Both the position numbers and the translations under genes were made by a program. A model generated the notes under the pieces. That model did no database searches, had not been told where the DNA came from, and saw only the letters and a list, made by a program, of their open reading frames with translations. 64,000 nucleotides of DNA. It comes from Caecitellus pseudoparvulus (Eukaryota; Protista; Bigyra: Bicosoecida). Positions 15,001 to 23,273 of this stretch are shown in pieces (position 1 is the stretch's first letter; each line of letters opens with the position of its first letter). The stretch spans positions 124,001 to 188,000 of the forward strand of contig CBFFRQ010000044.1 in the NCBI GenBank assembly GCA_965644315.1, in the 5' to 3' direction.

Positions 15001-15303
15001 CTCCCAGATTGCTAGCCTAGCACCATAGTCTTGACATAAAGCAGCTGCCCCAGCCCAAGTTGCGATGGACGTCAGCCGAAAGCACAGGTGCTTCCCGTAG
15101 GTTGCCAACCACACCTTCTCGAAGCCAGACTCGCAGTTCGTTGAAGCGTGGCACGAGGCGAGCGTCAGAGCCAGCACAGAAAGCGCAAGCAGCTCAGTCA
15201 CAGGCTTATTGCGAGGAAGAGCCCTTCGTCTTTGGGATGGGTGGGTGGAGGTGCCTGATAACCTCGAGAAGGTGTGGCGTTTCATCTCTCTCCCAGCAAT
15301 CAT
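1..15303 (-). CDS. Giant secreted/surface multidomain protein (>5,000 aa, 3' end beyond window): signal peptide, about 8 C-type lectin-like domains, PSRTPS linker, two Gly-rich (ALK/LTK-type) domains, Cys-rich repeats, many FN3-like repeats
   Basis: Exons 15303-14828, 14756-14515 and 14450-<1, joined by GT..AG introns 14757-14827 and 14451-14514. The frame at 14448 matches the frame at position 3 (…DEESGILQYEWCIGSTG…), and no stop-terminated ORF in this frame is listed. Hydrophobic leader LLALSVLALTLASCHA. CTLD-like motifs (C..GF…LCF…W..A…C…GARLA; WVG…FEWEDG), GGGGG-rich blocks at ~12400-10670, CNDDLACT/CDDTDACS repeats at ~10340-9850, CTPCPAGTF at ~3800. The start codon (15303 or 15285) is uncertain. 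Confidence 0.85.
14336..14450 (-). repeat. 18-bp coding tandem repeat encoding a (PSRTPS)n mucin-like linker
   Basis: Units like GTGCGAGAAGGAGATGGC repeat on the + strand and read PSRTPTPSRTPSPSRTPSPSRT… on the - strand. Confidence 0.9.
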
Positions 15304-16412
15304 GTTTCAGGGCTGTTGGTGCACTCCTGGGACAAGAAAGAGAGCTCAGCCACCGCAGCAATGATCAACAAGCCGCGAACTATTCGTCTTCAGACACAAT
15401 TTGCTTGAGTGCCAGTTGAGACCGAGTTCTCATGTGCTGCGTTTACTTGGTTGCTTCTTGTGTGTGTGAATGCTGGAAACAGCGAGCAGCACCAGCAGAT
15501 TGTGTTCTGTGGCCAGCAGACGACAGCACATGAAGATTATTGACCTTTCACACTGTCTAGGGCTGCGATAGGCCGTGGAGTATTGAGCGCGTCCAGCTTA
15601 TGTGGACTTCTGCAATTGAGCACGGTGACAAGGAGCAGGGGCGGAGACCAGCAAGAAAGATCGTCCCCAGGAAGCACCGAGGCAACGAAACATACGAAGA
15701 GAGTATAAAACGCACACTTCAACAAGGATGGCACTTCTTGTGAACATAGTCGGCCTCCGCATGCCATGAGCTCTTATTCCGCAGCAGCAGCGTTTCGCAC
15801 ATGAAACTCTCCTTCCATTGCCATCCATCCCGTCGAGACAGCCAACGAATGATCAAAACTCTCTTGATCTGCTTTTGCACATATGGTGTGAGAGTGGTTG
15901 GAGCCTGCTCTCCACCATCCTTTCCCCAATTCTTCGCACTGCTTGCGAGCAATCGAAAACAAAAAAGTAGGCACAAAGCTTGCTCGCTGGCCTTCCAGCA
16001 CATTTGATCGAGCAGCTCGCTCTTTGTTGGCACAGTGATGTTTGCTGCCTCGTCATACTTCCATTTCTCTTCCGTAGCCACATCCGCAAGCAAACACATG
16101 CAGAGCTTTCACTTGTGATGGTTCAAAGGCCAATTTACACATTTTGTGTTCTCATACGTCGTCCTGTTGTCTCCGTCGCCTTGCCTTGATATGTCCCGAA
16201 GCGTTGCTTCCGATTTGGGGACAGCAACTCATTCATTGCTAGTGTCCAAAGGAAGGCGTCCTCTGACGTCATGTCATACATTTGCTCGATTGTCCGAAGC
16301 CGCGTGGCCGTTGCACCTTATCCTGTGAAGCAAGGAAAGAAATTAAGAGCTCTTGAGGCGTGGAACTATTGTGTAAGATCACATAACTATTTTCCGTTGT
16401 GCCATCCAGCAC

Positions 16413-16485
16413 GGTCGGTTAGCTCAGTCGGTAGAGCGTTCGTCTAATAAGCGATTGGTCCGGGGATCGAGACCCCGATTGACCA
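16413..16485 (+). tRNA. tRNA-Ile (anticodon AAT)
   Basis: 73-nt cloverleaf: acceptor GGTCGGT/ATTGACC+A, D arm GCTC-AGTCGGTA-GAGC, anticodon loop CT-AAT-AA, T arm CGGGG-ATCGAGA-CCCCG. Confidence 0.95.
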
Positions 16486-16488
16486 CTG

Positions 16489-16494
16489 TTTTTT
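16489..16494 (+). terminator. RNA polymerase III terminator (T6) of tRNA-Ile
   Basis: TTTTTT starts 3 nt after the tRNA discriminator base. Confidence 0.85.
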
Positions 16495-16522
16495 GTCCAT
16501 GCCGTCACCTGACAGCGCTCCG

Positions 16523-16766
16523 CTAGGAGAGATTTGACGCGTCCTTTTTCACCAGAGTTCAAAGGTCATATTAGTATATTTGAGAGTGGCATCTGTGCTC
16601 CTAGTGAGAATGCATCTCCAGGTCTGTACTAGTGAGAGGTGGTGGCGGAGCCTCGCACTAGTGAATTTCCGCGTGCTGGGAGCGCTACTAGTGCGCGCGG
16701 CTGCTCTGGGCACTACTAGCGCTCCCGCAGCAGCACTTCCTCCTAGTAGCAGATCCTTTGCTAGTG
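16523..16766. repeat. Left subterminal motif array (consensus ACTAGTG)
   Basis: Eight CTAG cores at 16523, 16601, 16629, 16658, 16688, 16716, 16743 and 16761, mostly CTAGTG. Confidence 0.8.
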
Positions 16767-16880
16767 AATTAGGGCCAGCCTGCCGTGACCCACATGCATT
16801 CGAAAACACCTGTAAAGCCGTTCAATGACCACAAGCACTTCAAATTGAATGCTACGGCACGAAAAATAAGCCAAAGGGCA

Positions 16881-18920
16881 TCAGCGCAACGCGGACACGA
16901 GGCGACGAGTAAGCGCGACCAGCTCCGTGTGCACATGGTGCTTCATGCGGAGGGACGTCCACACCATGGCCAACATGCAGCACGCACGCTTCTTGTCGGC
17001 GAGTGTGAGGCTGCCCAGGTCCCCACAATCAACCACCCATTGCTTGTTCTTGATGTTCAAGCAGTCGACAGCGACTTTGTACACAGCCTCCATCCACCCC
17101 AAGACAACCCGGGCCCCTGTGGCGACAACTTCCGGGCCGCGAAGGGCCTCTTCCAATCGATCGAGGCTGGGGCCGTACCGGGTGCAGGCGGCACCCGATC
17201 CTCCGATGGGTGGACACTCGAAGACAGCCTTGATGGTCTCGTCTCTCATAATGCGAGAGCGGTAAACGTCCACCTCCAGCAAGCATGCACGCTGCCTAGA
17301 GCGGTCGGATGTCCTTCGGTTGCCCCTGACCTGCGGCACGAAGATCTATGGTGGAGAAGCAGCAACTGGGCACAGCTTCGCCCCAGCCGGTCCACAGGCA
17401 TATCCATACACACCTTGGGCACCCAGCTGTGGCGGTACTCGGGATCTTCGGATGATACCTCGAACAGGGTCATGCTGTGGTCAGACCGACCAATCGCCCC
17501 TCCAGTGCACTTCTCATGAACAGGATCGTACTTCCTCTTCATATCTTGCCACGGCCCAAAACTTCCCAGGCACTCCGCACTGCACAGAGCTCGAGGAGTG
17601 CGCCATCCTGTTCTGTGCAGACATGGCAGACACCTCCTGTCCACTCACCTCGTGATCTTCGCGCGGCACTTGTTGCTGGCATTTTTCAGTGCCTTTATGA
17701 GACCTGCATAGTTCGCATGCTTGCTGGCCGACACCATGTCCTCCAAAGCACAAAGCACGCCACCCTGTTCGGCCATCTCCTCTTGCAGGGAGGCCTTGTT
17801 CGCTGCTGCTCGCACACTTTCGAGGCACTTAATCTGCCACGGTGAAGAGAAGTTTGTGTCATGCTGAACTGGGTTCGAGTCATGTGCTTCTGGCTGTTCC
17901 CCATCTTCCTCCAAGTCTTCAACCACCTGGAGGGGAGGAACCTGCTCGGAGGTGATTGTGTTGATGGCTGCCTGCAGGGTGTCGACCAAGACTTTAGCGT
18001 CAGCGAAGATGAAGTCCGGGTTTTCAAAAATGAGGCCGACTACGATGCGGCGGGCTTCTGCCCTGAACTTTCGGGGCCATGGAACTGGATCTGCGTCCGT
18101 CTCCTTCTCCAGGACAGCAGCAAGGTGGTCACCGGCATGCGTTGCATGCTTCTTGGAGGTCTTCCTTACCTGCGCCTTCACCGCTGGAGACACGGCATCC
18201 TCCAGATGGGACATCCTCGCCTGCCCCATACCAGCTGCGCGGTGGAGGTAGGACCTGTCGGTTGCAGAGCACACAAACATGTTGCGCATCGCCTTGACAA
18301 TCGCTCGTTGGAGAGGAGTGCCAGAAGACACGGCCATCTCCTGCAGCGAAACAAGTTCCTCTGCAACATCGAGTGGCTTGGGTGCCTTGACAGGCCTGCA
18401 GTCGGCCATAGCATCTGCCACGAGGGCTTCTGGGTTGGCGTTGGCGTTGGCGTTGGCGTTAGCGTTCTGCAACGCAACTTGTCGGTCGCTGTGGCATCAG
18501 CTGCCGCTTTGCAGGCACGTACGCGCAGCTGTAGCGGCGACACTTCCACCAGCAGCTGCACCAAAGAGCTCTTTGTTGTATAAAGATGTGAACGTGGCCG
18601 TCTCAGCTGCAGACGATCTCAGGAGAAAGGGGGTGAAGGCGTAAGCGTCACACACGCAGCGGGAAGCTGCCCGCACCATCGTCACCCTGCAGGACCAAAG
18701 GCATCTCGACGACGGCGGCAGCAAGGCTGTCGGCTCTGGAAGACGAACGTACCACACTACGTGGACGCTTCCGAGTCATCACAGCGCTGGCGGCCTTGCT
18801 GCAGTTGAGCAGGTGGGCAGCTTCACAGAGTTCAGCGCCTGCACCAGTGAACTCAGCCCTTGCCACTGGACTTCCTTCCTCCTCGCTGTCGACGTCCCCC
18901 ATGGAGAATGTGAGTGACAT
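16881..18920 (-). CDS. Spliced hypothetical protein, second gene of the Plavaka/CMC-like element (divergent from the transposase)
   Basis: The ORF segments 17645-18472, 17246-17644 and 16881-17339 join in frame through GT-AG introns: AG|gtgagt…tgcag|T from 17648, and AAG|gtgtgt…cgcag|GTC at 17331-17413. The 5' exons (MSLTFSMGDVDSEEE…RKRPR) are plausible, but their splicing is unresolved. No recognisable domain. Confidence 0.6.
18434..18466 (-). repeat. (GCCAAC)n hexamer microsatellite encoding NANANANANAN
   Basis: GTTGGCGTTGGCGTTGGCGTTGGCGTTAGCGTT on the + strand. Confidence 0.9.
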
Positions 18921-19150
18921 ATTGAACGTTCGGGGTGGGTTTGCAGCAATGGGGGCAGGTTCAAGGGCGAAGTGGACGCAACGATTGGATGTGGAGAAAG
19001 CCACCGAATGCAGGAGCGAGAAGTGGGGGCCAGCCGCCCGCACTGCCCGAAGCTCGTACACGGCCGTGAGCAACGATGATGTAGGAGGGCTAACGTGGGC
19101 TTCTTAATTTTCAGTCATTCTGCACCGGGCATCGGTGTTTAGGCGAGAAT

Positions 19151-19204
19151 TCACTGCCAACGCAATCCGATCACCACGCCAACGCAAACTCACCACGCCA
19201 ACGC
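19151..19204 (+). promoter_or_regulatory. Triple direct repeat TCAC(CAC/T)GCCAACGC in the divergent promoter region just upstream of the transposase
   Basis: TCACTGCCAACGC (19151), TCACCACGCCAACGC (19171) and TCACCACGCCAACGC (19190), ending 24 bp before the ATG at 19229. The regulatory role is inferred. Confidence 0.45.
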
Positions 19205-19228
19205 GTTGCACGGCACGTTAAGCTCAGA

Positions 19229-22200
19229 ATGAGCTTCCGCTGCAAGATCTGCGGCCAGGAGTGTGGCAACGAACGGTCTCTTGGTGGTCATACCACCCAA
19301 TGTCGCCGCAGACGATTGAGGGCTTTCTACGAAGAACGTGCCGAACGCCTAAGTGAGATTCAGGCCGCGGAGGATGCCAGGGCACGCACCACCCACCCTG
19401 CACGTAAACGGCGCCAACAAGCCGCGTCAAGGCCTCAGCACCACCCGGGTAGCAAGCGAGTGGCAACTGGGCACCCTGAAGAGGGAGGCTCACCTGTTTC
19501 TGTTGCGATCCAGGCTGGAGGACAGCCTCATTCTGCCTTCCATCACGCTCAAGCTGCGCAACCAGCACCTCCTCAGCCTGCTGGAGACCCTGAAGCAGCA
19601 GAACATGCCCCTCCACATCGATCCGGTATGGTCGCCAGAGCCATTGCCCATGCCGACCGTCTGTCAGCGCGGCAGGAGGACGGCGATGAAGCCATCGGAG
19701 GAGGGGGCATGGGCCGGACCATACTTAAGTGCCTGCTTCGGTTCAACGTCAGCAAGAGTGCACTGAACCTCATCATTCAGGAACACAACGATGCCATGAA
19801 GGCCTACCAGATGCTCGTTTGCAAGGAGCTTGGCATCGCTCCGCGGTGCCCCAAAGTTCCAGACGTCGACAAGTTGTTGGACATGGCCGCCGCAAGCACC
19901 CCCTCCCCGATCTCCATCACAGTACCCCTTCCGACGGGACTCTCAGGAGGACAAGTCAAGGTTCCCTCCATGCCGCTGTGGGACGTGCTTACACGCACGG
20001 CTGCCGAGGTACCACTGGAGGACTTCGCCCCTCACCGAGGCGGTGGCGTCGCCAGTCCAGAGTGGTTCCCATCAACACTAAAGCTGCCAGCACACGATGA
20101 TGCTGCCAGCAAGGTAAGAGATAAATTTCTAGTCGCGGACATGCTGGCGGCAGCGCACTGGAGCCGCATGAAGGATGCCTTACCGCTGCCGTGTGGTGGG
20201 GAGATCTCGCTCCCTGCGCCCCTCCAGGTCGGCCACGGCAGCCTTAAAGAGCCGATCAGCGTGGAGAAACAGTTTCGCCCGATCGAGCCCGGGGCGGCGG
20301 GACAGACGTGGAGCCATCCATCCAATGGCGTCTTCCTGCGCAATGCGGCTGAACACGCCAAGGCGCGCGGGTCACTGTCCATGCCGCTGGTCATTTTTAT
20401 GGACGAAGTGCACCCTGATGGGGCTGGGAAGCATGCATTGTACCCCATGATGCTCTGGCCGCTTGCAGGGGATGCTGCATCCATGCGCAAGGCGCACAGG
20501 GCAACATTGCTCGCCATGCCCCCGAGCCCAAAGAGACTTTCCAGGGATGCCAAGGTGATGCGAGAGGCGGGCCTGACTTCGGCTGCGGCCACAGCACAAG
20601 CAGCACAGTCCATGGTATTGAGCCTCGTCCTCCAACCCTTGCTCGCGATCCAGAAGATGGGCGGCATTCCCAAGGAGGTGACTCCAGAGCAGTCCCTTGT
20701 GCTCAAGTCGGCGGGGTACAAGGTATTCAAAGTGGCCACGCATAGACGCCCAAGCCAGGTGATGGAGTACGTGCAGATGATTCCTTGCATCATCCAGTTA
20801 TCAGCTGATATGGTGGAAGCGTGGGATCAGTTTGACTTGCTCCATCGGCGGTGCGTGCAGTGTCGCTGTGTCCCCAGTCCACAGCTATCCTCGCTCGCGG
20901 CTCTCCGGAACTGCCAGCTCAGGGTACAGGGAGAGGGAGCCGGCAGCGATGAGGCAGCCGCGGCCACTGGACATCGCAGAGGGGCACTCAGCGCGTGGGA
21001 AGTGGCTGAGAAGGTACTCGGAACCCATTTGTGCTTCTTGAGGCCTCCTGACCCCATCCATGCGGCCGACACGGGGGCTGTAGCGGCTCGGTGTGAGAGG
21101 TTTGTCATGGCTGCGATGACTGTCGGTCCAGGACTTGCTGCGAGGGAAGCACTCCTTAAGAGCCGATGGGAGGCCGTTAAAGGACTTACAATAAATGGGA
21201 CCCGACTGTATGGGGGAAGAGCGCTGCCATGGCGGCAGAATGCTGGGGGTATGATGCGGTCGGCCGAGCGCGTTAGCAGGGCGCAGTGGTTGCCACTCAT
21301 CATCGGACACAACCAAGACGTCATAGCTGATCCCCAGTTGCACACAATGGTGCAAGTGCTGTGCCACTGTACACTAATAGTGCAGGCATACATGTATGTG
21401 CGGGACACACTGGATGAAGCGGCCCTGCTTGGCATGCAGGTTTGGCTAGCTCGGATGGTTGGCACGCAGGAGCTGATCGCTGAGCTTGTGCGAGAGGCAG
21501 CCTCCAAGACCGAAGGGATTGGCATTTCAGGCGACATCAGCACACACTATCCCAAGGCCCACGAGATACAGCACCTTCCTGCAGCTGTGGCAGGCTTCGG
21601 GGTGGTTGCGGCACTGGACACTGACAACGGGGAGGGCCGGCATCCCGCTCTCATCCGCCTGTGGAAGCTGTGCAACTCTGCGTTTGGGGCAGCTAATATG
21701 CCGAAGTTATTGAAGTACGCATCCATCCGCCGAGACATGCTGGCAAGCGAGGCAGGGGTGACGAGTGCCTCATCACAGGTAGCTGAGGAGGAGCTCGCTT
21801 GTCTGCTGCAAGGCAACCCGCTGCCGGAGATGCCGTACCTGTCCCCTGTAACACAGGCTGGCGAGGTTCTCCGAACACGAAGCGCTGTCTGGCAACTGCT
21901 CGACAGGGAAGACAGTGGACTGGCCAGCACAATCCGCAAAGCCTTGGAGCCCTGCGTTGCCGAAATGTCTTCGTCTGGGGTCTTGCCTCCAACGGCTGTG
22001 AATACCATGCTGCAGAGCGTCTCCAGCACAGTAGGTGCTGGAGATAGGATGGTAGGACAGGTACGGCTGTGCAGCACCGTCTTGATGCGCTTCCCTGGCG
22101 GAAACACCAACACTTTGCGCTTCCCTGGATACGTCGTTGTGCGTGAGGAGCAGCAACAAGGAGCAGCCGCGCCAGCCATTGGGAGTGGGTTGTTCCGTGC

Positions 22201-22495
22201 TGTCGCTGCTCTTGTTGGTGATGCACCCAAGCACCAAGAGGAAGATGCCTCGATTGAGGAGGTGGTGTTGTTGGGGACATTCTTGCACCCAGATGAGGCC
22301 CACGCATGCATAGCTGGATGGAAGTACGTGAACCCGCTGGATGTCGCCCCGCCAGCCAACGCAGTGGGTGGCAGTGTTCTCATCGCTCCAGCAGTGGTTC
22401 ACCCCACAGTAGTGGAGGGGCACACTTACACAGAGGAGCCAGATGGTGACCCGGTTCTCTTCTGGCTGCCGTCCATCACAGCGCGGCAGCACTAA
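19229..22495 (+). CDS. Plavaka-type (CMC-related) DDE transposase with N-terminal C2HC zinc finger, 1088 aa
   Basis: N-terminal CKIC…GHTTQC. The conserved Plavaka/CMC blocks occur in order: PLVIFMDE…G.HALYPMML…R…LL, LSADMVE…CVQC, PDPIHAADTG and YPKAHEIQHLP…FG…DTDNGEGRH. The ORF is uninterrupted. Confidence 0.85.
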   Translation: MSFRCKICGQECGNERSLGGHTTQCRRRRLRAFYEERAERLSEIQAAEDARARTTHPARKRRQQAASRPQHHPGSKRVATGHPEEGGSPVSVAIQAGGQPHSAFHHAQAAQPAPPQPAGDPEAAEHAPPHRSGMVARAIAHADRLSARQEDGDEAIGGGGMGRTILKCLLRFNVSKSALNLIIQEHNDAMKAYQMLVCKELGIAPRCPKVPDVDKLLDMAAASTPSPISITVPLPTGLSGGQVKVPSMPLWDVLTRTAAEVPLEDFAPHRGGGVASPEWFPSTLKLPAHDDAASKVRDKFLVADMLAAAHWSRMKDALPLPCGGEISLPAPLQVGHGSLKEPISVEKQFRPIEPGAAGQTWSHPSNGVFLRNAAEHAKARGSLSMPLVIFMDEVHPDGAGKHALYPMMLWPLAGDAASMRKAHRATLLAMPPSPKRLSRDAKVMREAGLTSAAATAQAAQSMVLSLVLQPLLAIQKMGGIPKEVTPEQSLVLKSAGYKVFKVATHRRPSQVMEYVQMIPCIIQLSADMVEAWDQFDLLHRRCVQCRCVPSPQLSSLAALRNCQLRVQGEGAGSDEAAAATGHRRGALSAWEVAEKVLGTHLCFLRPPDPIHAADTGAVAARCERFVMAAMTVGPGLAAREALLKSRWEAVKGLTINGTRLYGGRALPWRQNAGGMMRSAERVSRAQWLPLIIGHNQDVIADPQLHTMVQVLCHCTLIVQAYMYVRDTLDEAALLGMQVWLARMVGTQELIAELVREAASKTEGIGISGDISTHYPKAHEIQHLPAAVAGFGVVAALDTDNGEGRHPALIRLWKLCNSAFGAANMPKLLKYASIRRDMLASEAGVTSASSQVAEEELACLLQGNPLPEMPYLSPVTQAGEVLRTRSAVWQLLDREDSGLASTIRKALEPCVAEMSSSGVLPPTAVNTMLQSVSSTVGAGDRMVGQVRLCSTVLMRFPGGNTNTLRFPGYVVVREEQQQGAAAPAIGSGLFRAVAALVGDAPKHQEEDASIEEVVLLGTFLHPDEAHACIAGWKYVNPLDVAPPANAVGGSVLIAPAVVHPTVVEGHTYTEEPDGDPVLFWLPSITARQH

Positions 22496-23273
22496 GCTTG
22501 TGAGAGCTCTGCGCCACACGCTGGCTGACACGAGGAGTACCATGCTGCGGCACGGATGGACCACCTTTCATCAGGCCTCCCTCACATGTCATCCATGCCA
22601 ATGCACCGAGCCTGTCTTGTGGCAGCGTACGTGGCGAAGCTGCGTGCGCCAGGGCCCTGTCCCATTGAGTGGTTAGGAGGGGTTCGTTTTTGAGCTTGTC
22701 AGGAGGGCATGTTGGCGATAGTTGTATGTGATAATGTACTGAGTATAAAATAACGAATGCATACATTATTTTTGTCAGAGTGTGCTTGAAAGGTTGGGTC
22801 TGTGATGCAAACTGGATGCGGAATTTGCTTGCCCACGTTTGTAAAAGGAGGCTGCTGTCTTATGTTCCAGTCTACTTGCGCGTATTCGTACACTTTCGTG
22901 ATCCAATGCAAATTTTTATGAAGTGTGGGCCGAATTTCGAGGAATCGGGCCGTTTTGGTGATCACCCTCTTTCGATTCGGGTGAGTTGTCTGTCGATTAC
23001 GAACAGAGGGCCTGCGTCGTCATCGAGGTGCTCACAAACCCGCATTCGACACCGGCGCAACCAGCACTCCAGCCCCCATGTGTCTTTCACAGTGTCGAAC
23101 TACCGATCAAACGATCAGCGTCCCAGGGTTGCAATTCACAATTTTCACCTCGAAGGCTTGCACTTCCCGCAAGGCGAGTTTCGCGGAAATCGAAATGAGT
23201 CTTGGTTGAGACAGGCCGAACAAGGCACTGTGAGAAAAGACTCCCCGTATTGTCTTGCACAGATCATACAACC

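Noticed and set aside
15537-16328. Short ORFs in the lower-GC region upstream of the tRNA (e.g. 15719-16099 minus)
   Set aside because: No motif or consistent splice model was found. The region may be intergenic or a decayed element.
16494-16501. 7-bp TSD TGTCCAT/TGTCCCT (Dada-like insertion)
   Set aside because: The match is imperfect and makes the termini asymmetric by 1 bp. The tRNA is not interrupted and the transposase is Plavaka/CMC-like. A 2-bp TG TSD gives symmetric ends, though other copies are needed to settle it.
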